Source of the DNA: Marsupella aquatica
Taxonomy: Eukaryota > Plantae > Marchantiophyta
Direction: 5' to 3'
Length of the DNA: 64,000 nt
NCBI GenBank assembly: GCA_973895155.1
Contig: OZ316891.1
Coordinates: 17,296,095 to 17,360,094, forward strand
Positions 13,501-26,311 of the stretch are shown here, piece after piece; position 1 is the stretch's first letter, and each line of letters begins with the position of its first letter. Under the pieces are notes generated by a model that made no database searches, was not told where the DNA came from, and saw only the letters and a list, made by a program, of their open reading frames with translations. The position numbers were made by a program, and so were the translations under genes.

Positions 13501-14440
13501 GCCTGCCGCAGTTTAACACCTACCCCACAAATTACAAAACATTCTCAATAAACAGATTTTTTCTGTTAAATCGGTCTTCTTCATTCCAACAATCCAGCTA
13601 CTATCGCAAACAGGACCTGAGTTGTCGGGAACAAAAGATATTACCAAGATATCTCAGCGACAAAGACCTCTAGTCCTATCATCCTTCAAGCAGAACCTAA
13701 CGAAACGCAGGTTCTAACACATTGCACCTCGAAATATTTCGTTCAGTTTCACACAAGAACAGTTGCTCGAGCACAAAATGAAATACAATGAACAGATGAA
13801 AGAGAACATGGGAGAGTGAGCTTCAATAGTTGCAACGTCAGAGCATAAACTATGCAAGATTATTAAACCTATCCAATTGACAGAATTAAAAGTTGTATTT
13901 TGGTTGCAGCACCAGCTGGCAGCATGTCTAACAATGCAAAAAAAGGATCTGATCAATGGGCATCCACGCCCTGGTATCTATGGATTGATATACCTACTAT
14001 GCAACAGAGCTTTATATAAAGTCCATAGTAGATATATCAATCCATAATTACCAGGGCGTGGTATGAATTACTACCACTCGTAGCCTCTCTTGACCAAATT
14101 TGACCATGTAATCTATTGGTCTTTACAGCAAACCGATAATTCTGTTACCGAACATATTCTTCTGACTGCAAACAATGGATGCTGGACCTTTGTTTAAGTG
14201 AGAGTGAAAAAGAGGCCACATCTCCTTCATTCTATGGTCCCTCGCCAACCGGGCCCTCATTTCTTCGAGATCAACCAGTGGGTGCAACTCAGGGTGATCA
14301 AATAGGTACTTTACGAATACGTTTAAAGATTCAAAATTTGGTAAACGAAAGCTGCCCATGGGAGAAAAGCAAAACTCACTGGAGGACGACAGAAAGCCAC
14401 CAGCCTTTTCACGCCAGTCAGAGGTCGCAGATGGCGGCAT
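10587..14440 (-). CDS. Plant RhoGAP-domain protein, At5g61530-like (9 coding exons)
   Basis: Exons 14440-14380, 13519-13158, 12723-12667, 12446-12428 (19-nt micro-exon), 12009-11911, 11779-11702, 11533-11292, 11182-10942, 10816-10587. Motifs: MPPSATSDWREKAGGF, VFGVSLEVL...PIPSIVIKCVDYL, GLNAEYIFKKDG, NPVDVAALLKVFFQMLPEPLL, INKMDSHSLAFEFAPVLLW, AIVEAVQCLIDQHNVVF. A 5'UTR intron and exon probably extend to about 17050. Confidence 0.88.
13964..14061. repeat. 98-nt near-perfect hairpin in RhoGAP intron (MIRNA-like or MITE-derived foldback)
   Basis: Left arm ccacgccctggtatctatggattgatatacctactatg (13964-14001) matches the reverse complement of 14024-14061 with 3 mismatches over 38 bp. Confidence 0.85.
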
Positions 14441-17400
14441 GTCCACATAAACCAGACACCAACTCAACTGCTGCCCGAGTGTAACTCCGATCTGTACAGA
14501 AACACGCAGAACTAAGAGACATTGCACAACCAAGCTGAGACCAAGGAAGGTAAATATCATATAGGGGTGTACGAAAAGTAGCCTAAAATACAACAACAGA
14601 GTGAGATATGAAATATGAAACCCGACGTCACTTAATACAGTATGTCGCTTTAAATAATAAGGATCAACTTTGCAATGAGACTTGCCAATCTTATAAGGGG
14701 GAGAATTTCACACATTGGATATAATTGAACAAAACCATTGATACGCAAAAAAATTATATTAAAACAGCTGTCTTGACGGTCACCGATTTTAGTTGACGGA
14801 AGAAACAATGTTGGGTTCATTTACTTCGAAGATGTACTCTATTTACGCAAGTCGATGTTGTCTTGTTCAGACAAGTGTCATCACTTTAAAATTGCATACT
14901 AGAGAACTCCATGCAAAGAAGGAACAACGACATTGCATCTACCTCAACAGCAGAACAAGTAGTCCTTAATTCACCTCTTCAGACGCCGTACCACAGTTCA
15001 ATAGTTTACAAAGTGACACATTCCTAGAGCACAGACCAGATTACCTTTCGAGACACACTTTCCAGACGAGTTGATGTGTCATAAATGGACTATGAAGGAA
15101 CCAGAGAATCCATTATGACCGATGTGTCCATCTCTCTCAAAGTAGCTGAAACTGCTCATCACGATATACTCAAATGTCAGCCATCGGAAACAATATGCAC
15201 ATCGCAATCCGACATCCCTCCGACCTGATTGGAGTGGCTAGAAGCAACTTTTTCAGGATAATTGTCCTCCATGTCTCAAAAACCATGAATAACAGACACA
15301 CACGGAGACGACAAGGTTGAGAAAATCACCCGACAACAATCTAATCTAGCACGAAACTTCTCTCAGATTCGCACCACTCTTAAGGTAGGCGGATTAAATC
15401 AATTTACAACACATACTGCAAAACCGTATATATCATGCTGGCGGCGCATACAGAGATTTAACATCCCAGTACCAAAAGTCCCTCTAACGAAAATTCAGGC
15501 ATATAAAGTCTTCGGAAGAAGACCATAGCAGTATCTTCTAATGAATTCTAAGAAACGGGACTAAGTACTCAACCACAGACCGCAAAAGCAGGTCATAGGA
15601 TCAAGAGATCCTCGCAAACTTAAGAGCATCGGTCATACGAGTCATCTTAGCCCAACAGACTATGACGAGGGATGCTTGTGCAACGGCTATAATTACAGCA
15701 GAAAGCACAAAGTCGTGATCGCACTTTCTAACTACCCAGATCTCAAAACGGATCTCAGGCAAACTATCCGAGAGATCTAACACTTCGGCCTTGAGATGCC
15801 TCGGTTTATAGGTCAGGAGAGTTTAAAAGGAGATGACGATAGGGAAACATAACCAGTAGGAAGAAATGTTTCAGGAATCCGACCGTCATATTGCGCACAT
15901 AGCATTTAATGGGACGTAAAGGTGTACCAGACACAAGGAAGAGAAAGAACACCGGAAAATAAGTACCGAATCTCCGGCTATGATAGCTTCTATCTACGCA
16001 GGTCCTCGTTCGGAATGCCGCGATAATTCGGCAGATGACATGGCCAAGGACTTTCAGCCAGAACGAAGAGGCAACCTAATTGGACTATTTTAGGGAAATT
16101 TAGAGAGAGCAATCGCGACAGTAAATCCTTCCGGAATCAATTCTTTGCATCGAAATGTGCAGACTATATCACATTCACTGTGGATTCTTCCCGAACATTG
16201 TCGCGAGAAGTTCCCACGATGTCTTTGACCTGCTGACCGAAGATCGAGTGCTCTAATTTCGAAAGAAGGTCGCACGCTGACAAGTGGAGGCCCCCAAGAA
16301 CATACGCCTGCTTTTGTCGACATAGATCTCGGAAAAAAAGTAGGCTATGCATTTCAGTATTACGCATCAACAACGTTGATTGCACCTGAACCCTAGGAAA
16401 AGCGTCGCATAATGAAGAAAGAGGCTTCATTCGCGGCTCCTTTCCGATCTAATTGACTCAGGCGGGTGACACGTTGCCAATCTGAACACCACTCACACCG
16501 GACAGCTTTCTTCAATACTCTCGATAGAATCAAACTCAATCATACATTGGAGACGATTGACACTTAGTGCAAGTCCGCGCATAAGAATTCAGGGACCTTG
16601 ACTCGCGGAAGATGAATCCGCGCAGAAATAACAAAGCCCCCCCCCCCCCCCCAAGCGGCTCACCGGGTCATTTTCAACACGCAAGCATATTCCGCTGCAG
16701 CGACGAGGCATCCACACACCGCGCCCACGAAAACAAATATCAACAACAATCCAGAGAGTCGAGTCCAGCAGCACTCGAGGTGGAAAAAGTAGAATGATGA
16801 TGATGATTCTCGCTACCGTAGCCAGACGACGGGCAAGCTTCCAACGACTAATGGAGCAATCGAAAATGTCACACTGTGTGATGGCATGATAAACCCGCCG
16901 ATCAAAACAGGGCAGCGCAGCAGAGGGCAGGCTAGCGCATACCGGGGGCAGGCAGAACACGGGCAGGCAGGCCAGCACAAGAAACGAGAAATTACTCAAA
17001 GAAAAAAGCATCCACAAGATCAGCAGAAGCAGTAGTAGTAGTACAGTAGTACCGTGCCTGAATCCACACTCCCGTGTAACCAGGCCAGTAGTGAGCCAGT
17101 CAATAAAGCGACCAATAATAAACTATCGAGACAGAGCCGTGCACAGTGATGACTGACCTCCTTGTCTCACTCATCGTCGTCCCTCATCATCATTCTTCAC
17201 GCACTTTCACCACTTCCTCACTCATTCTCATCGCCCCCTTAACTTTTAGCATCCCCACGAATTCCTTTCCAACCAACCGAAATTTCAGCACGCCAGGCAG
17301 ACAGACAGCCACTTCCAGCCCAGCCACACTTGACCGCTTTCAACACAGTCCTGCTGATGTTTTCGCTGCTTGCCACAGTATCTTGCATTGCATCTGAACG

Positions 17401-18167
17401 GAGTCAATCAATCGAAGGTCAGCCTCCGTATGACCACTGAGATCTTTTGCGTCTCTCGTCGATACAATCATTCCTAGAAGCGAAGAAGGATTCCCCCTCA
17501 CCGGCGCACCCTTTGTTACAAACAGACCAGCAGACCAACGCGAAGAAAGCAATGGCAAGCCGCGTGTTGTCACAGTGCCGTGGTTCCGGCGAGGTACAGG
17601 ACTCGTGACCACGCGCAACAAGAACACTGCGGTAGAGCGGCCGTGGGCGAAGCGGGCCCGGCGTTCTTGTAGTGCCTTGTTGTTCTTGTATCGGTGTGCA
17701 TGCGGTTCTGGATTCGTTTGAAAACGCCTCCTACTGTACCCCGCCCACAGTTGGAGCTCTGCATTTACGAGCTCTATCGCAATGCGTCACGGGAGATCAG
17801 TCTCGTCTTCAAGCGTCGCGTCGTCGTCATCAGTACACGAGAAAGGGGCCTGAGGGTACGGTGCGTCGACCCCTTCACTGACAGTAGTCGGGTTCCATTG
17901 CGCCTTGCCCTCGAGCCCCAACTCCGTGAACCATCCCCTAACAATTGCAACCCAAACACTTCTCTTTTGTTAGAACTACGAGCCCTATGCAAGTGCGGCA
18001 CGGTGCCATGAGGGACGGCCCAGAGTCAGGCCGGGGGGCAAGAGGCAAGGGCGAGCGCATCGGAACCAATAGGAGGGCGAGGCAGGGCATGGACCAAGGG
18101 GAGGGCGTCAGGGCAAGGCAGGGGCGAGCACATCGAGGCGAGCATGGACCAAGGGGAGGGCAAGGCA

Positions 18168-18510
18168 TGTTGAGCATAGACGACATTCGTAACGGCAAGC
18201 CCATGAACCATCCAACGCACAATAGTTGACACAGAGAGATACGTGGTTCACCTCCCATGAGGCTACGTCCACGGGAACACACAAGAGCTTTACTGCACTC
18301 TAGGCTGACCGGCCATACCAAGCATCCACAGCACAAGCTCTCCCTATCTCTCAACTAGCTCCGTAACAATGAGCCTAAGTTCCACTAGGGTCTAGCATCA
18401 GCCCTGGCTATATGCACACCAGTACTACCGCTAACACTAGCTAAGTCCTAACCAGAGTTAGACTAATTGTGGTTAGCTCATGAGTCACAAGACTAGAGCA
18501 ATATCTAACA
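18168..18510 (-). repeat. 3' LTR of copia copy 1
   Basis: 343 bp, tgttgagc...tatctaaca, matches 23759-24102 and the reverse complement of 60352-60695. Confidence 0.95.
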
Positions 18511-18717
18511 AACTCCCCCTTGACTCTTGTCTTGGGGACTAGACTAAATGCTACCATATGGAATCCTCAGCGGGAAGTTCTAGACAATCACCAAACCAGG
18601 TCTCCCCCTAAAAACCACAAGGGTTAACTAAGGGTTAACTAGAACTAAGTCGTAGCCTAACAGGAATGAGTAATCCATATACAAATAGTCACACATTGCT
18701 AAATAATTCTACTTGCA

Positions 18718-20157
18718 CTACAACTGCAAAACCTGCAAAGTAGCACGGTGTCTTGAAAAACTCTCCAAATGAATCACTTTGGTAAAAGCATCAGCGGGAT
18801 TGAGCTTTCCATCAATCTTGACTAGCTCAAAAGTTTTATCAAACACTACTTGCCTGATAAAATGGTACCTGATATCAATGTGTTTCACTCTATTATCCAT
18901 CACCTGGTTAGCAGCCAAGTGAAGAGCACTATGACTATCACAATTTAGAGTCATTTTTCCATGCTCTAAACCCATCTCCACGATCAACTTATCCAACCAA
19001 ATTGCTTCCTTTGTTGTTTCTGCTGCTGCAATATACTCTGCTTTTGTAGTAGACTGAGATATACACTTCTGCAAGGTAGATTTCCAACTGATACATCCTC
19101 CTCCAAGAGTGTATACAAACCTAGTTGTAGACCTCCTTGTATCCAGATAGCCTCCATAGTCAGAATCTACATAGCCAACTAACGTTCTATCTGATCTGTT
19201 ATCAAATAGTAATCCATAGTCCTGTGTTCCCCTCACATACCTGAGAATCCATTTCATAGCTTCCCAATGTACCTTCCCTGGATTTGACATGAATTTGCTG
19301 ATCTTGCCTATCGCTAGGGCCAAATCAGGCCTAGTACAAGTCATCAAATACATCAGACTGTCTACTGCCTTCTCATAAGGAATCTTAGTCATTAGACCTT
19401 TCTCCACAACATCCGTAGGGGAGAAAGCCGATGATAACTTGAAATGTGAAGCTAAAGGAATACTCATTGGCTTACAGTTCTCCATGTTGAATCGTGCAAG
19501 TACTTTCCTCGCATATTGGCCTTGACTCAAGCACAACTGTCCAGTCTCAGAGTTCCTAAAAATCTCCATCCCTAAGATCCTCTTGGCCTTACCAAGATCC
19601 TTCATCTTGAATTCAGCACTCAATTTTGCCTTGAGACTGTCAACCTCAGATTGATCTTTAGCCACAATCAGCATGTCATCCACATAGATCACCAGAATGA
19701 TGAAACCAAATACATCATTCTTGACTGATTTCGTATACACACAAGGATCATACACCATCCTTGTAAAACCTTGAACAAGCATGAAATCATCAAACCGCTT
19801 GTTCCACTGTCTGGGAGACTGCTTCAATCCATACAAGGACTTGAGCAATCTGCAAACTAAGTTCTCTTGACCCTTCTTCATAAAACCTAGTGGTTGTCTC
19901 ATGAAGATCATCTCTTCCAAGTTGCCATAGAGAAAAGCAGTAACAACATCCATCTGATCCATCACCAGACCAAAAAACACAACAAGCTGACACAAGATCC
20001 GAATTGTGGAATACTTAGCCACCGGTGAAAAGACCTCATTGTAATCCACTCCTTTCTCCTGAGTGAATCCCTTGGCAACAAGCCTTGCCTTGTAGATCTT
20101 GTCTCCACCCTCTGAAGGACTATCCTTCAACTTGTAAATCCACTTGCTGTCCACCAC
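18718..20157 (-). CDS. pol: Copia reverse transcriptase + RNase H (pol fragment)
   Basis: Contains KARLVAKGFTQEKGVDYNEVFSPV, QMDVVTAFLYG, LKSLYGLKQSPRQW, IYVDDMLI, GYVDSDYGG, KHIDIRYHFIR and NPADAFTK. In-frame stops lie upstream. Confidence 0.93.
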   Translation of the reverse strand: MVDSKWIYKLKDSPSEGGDKIYKARLVAKGFTQEKGVDYNEVFSPVAKYSTIRILCQLVVFFGLVMDQMDVVTAFLYGNLEEMIFMRQPLGFMKKGQENLVCRLLKSLYGLKQSPRQWNKRFDDFMLVQGFTRMVYDPCVYTKSVKNDVFGFIILVIYVDDMLIVAKDQSEVDSLKAKLSAEFKMKDLGKAKRILGMEIFRNSETGQLCLSQGQYARKVLARFNMENCKPMSIPLASHFKLSSAFSPTDVVEKGLMTKIPYEKAVDSLMYLMTCTRPDLALAIGKISKFMSNPGKVHWEAMKWILRYVRGTQDYGLLFDNRSDRTLVGYVDSDYGGYLDTRRSTTRFVYTLGGGCISWKSTLQKCISQSTTKAEYIAAAETTKEAIWLDKLIVEMGLEHGKMTLNCDSHSALHLAANQVMDNRVKHIDIRYHFIRQVVFDKTFELVKIDGKLNPADAFTKVIHLESFSRHRATLQVLQL

Positions 20158-20531
20158 TTGCTAACCTCTTGGAAGCTCCACCAGCTCCCATGTCTTGTTG
20201 TCACTCAAAGATTGCAACTCCCTCTACATTGCTGCATTCCACTCATGCTTCTACTCTGAAGCACAAGCCTCACTATACGAAGAAGGCTCTCCTTCTTCCA
20301 AGATCAAAGCCATATCATCTTCATCAGGTGCAATGTCAATATCATCTAGCTTAGATGAGTCTGCCCATTGACCATACCTGGTAGGAGCTCTAGTAGAATG
20401 ACTGGAAGTTCTTCTAGTAGATGACTCAGGCTGATCTGTTGCTACTGTTGGTTGAATTTGAGGTACCCTAGCAACAATTTGCTCCTCTTGTTCCATCACA
20501 GGAACCAGCTCCAAGCCCAGAGCTTCTCCAT

Positions 20532-21935
20532 CTATCCTGTCATGAACTGCATCATGACTAACCTCCACCTCAACCCGGTCCGGGATGGAAGATTTTCCCT
20601 TGTCAGTATGGGAACCTGAGAACTCTCCCCCTCCTTTGATGATCTGGATTCATTAAAGGACACATCTCTACTGATAATTAGTTTACAGGTTATTGGATCC
20701 CATAACCTATAACCCTTCACACCTTTCTGATAGCCAAGGAAAATGCACTTCTTCAACTTGGACTTTAGCTTGGATCAAAGCTGGGAAGGTGTAAGCACAT
20801 AAGCATCACATCCAAAAGTCCTCAGATGTGAGTAATCTGCTGGACGTCCATACCTCATTTCAAATGGCGTCTTGAATCCAATAGAACTGGATGGAGAAAA
20901 ATTTACCAAATAAGTTGCAGTGTTGACAGCTTCAGCCCAAAACTCATGTGGTAAGCATGATTGACTCAACATACTCCTCGAGCGGTCCAATAGTGTTCGG
21001 TTGAGTCTCTCAAAAATACCATTTTGTTGAGGAGTATAACTTGTTGTGAGATGGCGGGTAATCCCCTGCTCCTTACAATACGTTCCAAATTCCCCGGAAC
21101 TGTATTCACCGCCCTTATCCGATCGAAGATGTCTCATCTTATTACTAGTCTGATTCTCAACTTGGGCTTCCCACTCCTTAAAAGTGGCAAAAACATCAGA
21201 CTTATTGTGTAGAAAGTATATCCACACATACCTTAAGTAATCGTCTATGAACGTGACATAGTATAACCGTCCAGAATGTGAAGGAGTAGGGGCTGGACCC
21301 CACACATCACTATGTACATACTCAAGTACCTCCTTGCTGGTGTGAGTTCCAACTCTGAAGGGTTTCCTGTGCTGCTTCCCTAGCACACAGTGCTCACAAA
21401 ATTCCAACTTACAAGATTGCAAATTAGAAAGTAATCCTTTCTCCTGAAGAATAACCAAACCTTTTTCACTCATGTGGCCCAAACGGAAGTGCCATAGCCT
21501 GGCCGTCTCCTCGTGAGATAAGGTTACATTGGCTTGATCATAGACTACACTGCCCTCCAAAACGTATAGATTGCTATGTCTCTTTCCCTTCAATACAACT
21601 TTAGTACCAGTTGAAACCTGAAGGACACCATTAGCAGAGCTCCACTGATGGCCATTTGCTTCTAAAACTCCAAGTGAAATGAGATTTTTCATCATGCTGG
21701 GAATATGTCTCATATTCCTCAACGTTCTTACAGCACCATCAAACATCTGAAATCTTACAGATCCAAGTCCAACAACTTGACATGGGATTTCATTTCTCAT
21801 TAACACTGACCCGTTGGAAACCGTGTAAGAACTGAAAAAATCTCTCCTAGAGCAAATGTGAAAAGTACATGCACAGTTATCTAGAATCCAGTCATCACTA
21901 CCTGGATTTGACACTACGTTGAGAGCATAACCTTG
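20532..21935 (-). pseudogene. pol: Copia protease, GAG-pre-integrase and integrase (disrupted)
   Basis: Contains DWILDNCACTFH, LWHFRLGHMSE..CEHCVLGKQ, VHSDVWGP, LRSDKGGEY, PQQNGIFERLNRTL and KCIFLGY. A break near 20775 separates the KCIFLGY segment. Confidence 0.92.
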
Positions 21936-21938
21936 ACA

Positions 21939-22987
21939 TCACAATATATCATCATCATCGAGTAAATCTACCTCATGCGAGCTCAATGCCGCGTTTGCAG
22001 ATGCAATAGGGACCTTTACTCAATAATCCCTTTCATGTGGCCAAGCTTGCCACAATTTCAACATGCAAGAGGCTTCCTCTCTCGCGATTTCCCTCTGGAT
22101 TTAGATCTTCCCCGTGATCTAAACCTGTTCTGCCCATTCGTGCGCTGCGCTGCTCTTCCCCTGTTCACATTGAGCGCAGTGCTAGAAGAAGATGCTGTCT
22201 GTGATTGACCCAACTTCTTCTGAGCATCATCAGACAGCAAGGAGCTTACCACCTCATTATACGAAATGGACTTCAGATCTCTGTACAAGAGCACCTGTTT
22301 CAAGCCCTGATATAATGGCGGTAAGGAGCTTAGCAGAAGCAAGGCTTTATCCTCATCTTCAATTCCTTTTCCTAGGTTTGACAGATCCACCGCTAGACTA
22401 TCAAATTCATCAAGGTGATCCTGCATCTTGCTCCCTTCCTTGAGCCTGAGGCTCATCAAGAGAGACTTCTTGTACAACCGATCTGACGCATCTTCCCGGT
22501 AGTACTTCTCTCTTAGAGTCTTGAACAGTGACGCGCAATCCGCATAATCATCCAGCTGCTTGATGATGTGCGGCTTGAGATATAGCATCATTGCATTGAC
22601 AGCAATCACCTGCTCTTGTCTCCACTGTCTCACAGAAATCTCCTCCTCTCCATCATACTGTTCTCGCGAAGAGAGCAGATGAGCTAAGCCCATGGCCCGA
22701 AGGACACCCTTCACTTGCTTCTCCCACAGCAAGTAATCAGTACGACCATCGTACTTCTTCACCTCAAACTTCACTCCTCCAAAGCTAGCCATCTCCCTCT
22801 TCTTCCCCACTACCAACAACTCTGGTAGTAGTACAGCTTCCTCCATTACACACCGCACCGGTGATCTTACCGGTGTCACTAGTTCTTCCTCAAACGGTAG
22901 CAGCTCTTCCTTAGACTCTCCGTCTGACCGTCGCGATCCTGAAGCTCCACCGACGCCAATTCTTCCAGTATCCTCCGAGTCACTCAT
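21939..22987 (-). pseudogene. gag: Copia gag, copy 1 (stops and frameshift in the zinc knuckle)
   Basis: Contains KFEVKKYDGRTDYLLW, DKALLLLSSLPP and a decayed CxxCxxxxHxxxxC with TGG>TGA, a 1-bp deletion and CGA>TGA relative to copy 2. It ends DDDDIL*. Confidence 0.92.
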
Positions 22988-23758
22988 ATGAAACAATCAT
23001 GAAAAAATATCTTTTTTTAAAACTTCTCATAATACTCAAAACTCAACACCGTCGCGTAGCCCACGAAGCTAGGAGTCCAATACTTAATTGCCGCAGTTTT
23101 TAACAAGAAAAGTGAACGCCACCGACGGGAAAAGTGGTTGAATTTCACCGGCACCGTCTACAACTCCAGCACTGTAAAAGCTTCCACTGCAACGTCTTCA
23201 CTCCGCGTCAAGTGCCAATCCCGGGCTCAAAATGACCGCCTTGCCGCAATCAAACCGTTGAGCCGCAGCACTTCGCATTTCTTCCACCGAGTCATACGTC
23301 ACGAAGAGAAACCCGGTTCAGATGTGAACAAGCTCCATAGCTTGTAAAAAAACCTAAACGCCTCCGTCACTCGTCACGTCGCACTCGGTAATAACTCGGC
23401 AGCAATCCAACTACCAAAACGACCAGCTCGCTTCAACCTTCAACTTGAGCTATAATGTGCGATCTTTCCCGCACCGCACAGCTCACACCGTTGAAAAGCG
23501 CAAACTCTGGTCTCTCCCCCGAAATACCGTCGAACACGAATAAACCTTGAACGACGCAAACTTCAATTCCTCCGCACCACGGATACTGATCAGCGAGTTC
23601 TAACCATCGCTAGAAAGCCCTCTCACTAACCTATCCACTCAGCCACACACATTCGAGTTTCATGCGATGAAACTCCAAATATGCCACCGACAATGAACGA
23701 TGGAAAAACTTGTCACGAAAAAAACCTCGTCACCTCCCAGGCATGCTCTGATACCACT

Positions 23759-24102
23759 TGTTGAGCATAGATGACATTTGCAATGGCAAGCCCATGAACC
23801 ATCCAACGCACAATAGTCGACACAGAGAGATACGTGGTTCACCTCCATATGAGGCTACGTCCATGGGAACACACAAGAGCTTTACTGCACTCTAGGCCGA
23901 CTGGCCATACCAAGCATCCACAGCACAAGCTCTCCCTATCTCTCAACTAGCTCCGTAACAATGAGCCTAAGTTCCACTAGGGTCTAGCATCAGCCCTAGC
24001 TATATGCACACCAGCACTACCGCTAACATTAGCTAAGTCCTAACCAGAATTAGACTAACTGTGGTTAGCTCATGAGTCACAAGACTAGAGCAATATCTAA
24101 CA
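23759..24102 (-). repeat. 5' LTR of copia copy 1
   Basis: 344 bp, adjacent to the PBS. About 14 substitutions plus one 1-nt indel versus the 3' LTR, counted by eye. Confidence 0.95.
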
Positions 24103-26311
24103 AGGCAGGGCGTCAGGGTGAGGCATCGCGAGCATTGATGCCCGTATACATATATTGCGAGGGGGGTCCATAATGAAGGCACAATTGTGGGAGGCCTCGC
24201 TAGAGAGGGCAAGTGCTAATTAAACGGATATAAAAATCCTCTAAAACATCTAACGGCCAGTTTTCATTCCCGCCGATTCTGGATTTCATAACGGGACAAA
24301 GGACAAAAACCGAGGGGGTCACTTATTATAGTTGTAGATTAGTCAAGTGATTACAAGAGTTTTGATTCAAGTTCAGGGTGAGTTGTTGCTTTGAAATTTA
24401 TATCAATTAGAATAGTTGGTGCTCAATACCTCAATGGAAGTGTGTTTAGACCTTAAGGAGGTGCTTATCCCCATAGAGTTCATGCAATGAACTTAGCTCC
24501 GTCTCACAAGCTTTGTCCAATAGTAGAGGAGTGAATTTCTCCGCTGGTGTTTTCTACGTGAAACAACTTATCTCTAGATTTTACCAGTACTCATTTTTAA
24601 CCAATGATGGAAGTGGTCACCATGTGTATCATTCTCTACATTTATGTACAATTCTTTTGTCCCAAAAATATTTGGAATAGCAAAGCCCTGTGCGAAAATG
24701 AGCCTCACCTCAGACTTTGTTATGTTCTGTCAATTTTGATTATTATGTTTTAGGGTTACCCAGATATGTTATGAAGTAACCCTAACATGCAAACATCATG
24801 TCTTATTACACATGTTATATTGATCCCAACAATATAAAAGAATATAAGCAAGAACCGTGACACCCTCTGTTCCCTTGGGTCACCCATCTATGTCAGGACA
24901 GAAAGAAGGAACTACTATTTCTCTACAACCCTTAGTAGCTTGTGAATGGCTTTACTGAGTAATACAGGGTCAAATATGATCTATGAGGGGGTTGCAAGGT
25001 ATGGCAAATCCAGCCATGTATGCCTGGTGATAGATAATGAATGCCTCATCCCAGTGTAACCTATGGTAAATAGTGGAGAGACATAGTTAACGTAGGCTCA
25101 CAACGTACTCACAGACAAATCAATGAAACTATTTCCACTTGGTGAGACCTTTGCCACATCAGCACACAGATTAAACCTGACACAATATTCTAAGAACCAT
25201 AAGTTGCAACCCAAACTCTTAACCAATGTCGAGGGAATCTTTAGTTCTTGGGAAGCACCGAGCTCTTGTTTTTTCTATCTTGAAAGAAACCTTTCCAAAG
25301 TATGTCTTTTCTCACCTCACATTACCCTTGCGATCCCCCTTGTCGATCAATTTCTTTCACCATTATCCTCTAAAATATCTCTCACAGCCTTTGTCCCACT
25401 CTACGATGAGCGGCTTCCTCACACTAAGCCTCGAATCGGTCTATTCTCTTTCCACATAACTTACTTCCCAAGTCAAGTCATGGATTGCAATTCCCAACGA
25501 ATCTTACAATTAGATAAGTCAATTATAAAAAACAAAGACTATGATCTTAAGATTCATCATAGATGATATAATCACAGACTCTGGCATCCTAAGCATAACA
25601 TTGTATCTTTCATCTCCATACTTTCTAACTAAAATATCTCTACAATCAACTTTTTTACGACATACCACTGTAATGTCAATAGATGAAGGAAAATCAGACA
25701 CATTACTATGAAGCATATTCAAATCTAACTCCGGTACATTTACGGGTTGTCTATTAAGATCCATCTAATATAAAATAAAAATAGTTACATTCCATTTATT
25801 TCCATAAACAATAATCGGGTATACAAATGGTGCATTGCTATTCATAACTGTTTCCATTAACTCAAATCCAAAATGATAAAAAATATGCATTCTCATGGTA
25901 TGCTTGCTAAGACAATGAATTCTAATTAAAAAAGGATTGACAAATGACATAGCAAGTGGAGGATGAACTCTAGGTACTCCATTTATCATATTATTCATTA
26001 CAAGTACACTAAATTGATCTCAAGACTAATAAACATAAAACATAAAATAGTTTTAAGGCCAACAATCAAGTTAGTACCCAAGCATGGATGTAAATAACAA
26101 ACAAGGCATGTGCACAAGAGGGGAAGAGTTCCTTACAGTGTTGCGGGTGCAACATGATAGATCAAACAATGTGAATAAAGAGAGTGTGCTCCTCTTCACT
26201 TTATTTATAGTACCCCTTTGTGCTTTCCAAGAGAGAATGGATCGATGCCTTGACCCTTGGATGGAAGCCAAGTGACAAGCATCAAGCAATTGTAAGTGTG
26301 CTAGTACTATT

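Larger units (their letters stand above)
18168..24102 (-). mobile_element. Full-length Ty1/copia LTR retrotransposon (Tnt1/Tork-like), copy 1, coding region decayed
   Basis: LTRs 18168-18510 and 23759-24102 (TG...CA), 5-bp TSD AGGCA (18163-18167 and 24103-24107), PBS TGGTATCAGAGC (tRNA-iMet; plus-strand 23745-23756), PPT aagggggagtt next to the 3' LTR, and domain order gag-PR-INT-RT-RH. Confidence 0.97.
17976..24338 (-). mobile_element. Possible small non-autonomous Helitron (about 420 bp) split by the copia insertion
   Basis: The minus strand starts A|TCTACAACTATAATAAGT at 24338, a Helitron-like 5' end. It ends with a degenerate GC hairpin (ccgcac-tt-gcatagg, restorable to ccgcgc-tt-gcgcgg by C>T/G>A reversions) followed by cGTAG|T at 17976. 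GC-rich agggcaaggca-type repeats continue on both sides of the copia. Confidence 0.4.

Noticed and set aside
16589-18011. Several overlapping 80-140 aa ORFs
   Set aside because: GC-rich promoter/5'UTR zone of the RhoGAP gene with low-complexity translations and no motif.
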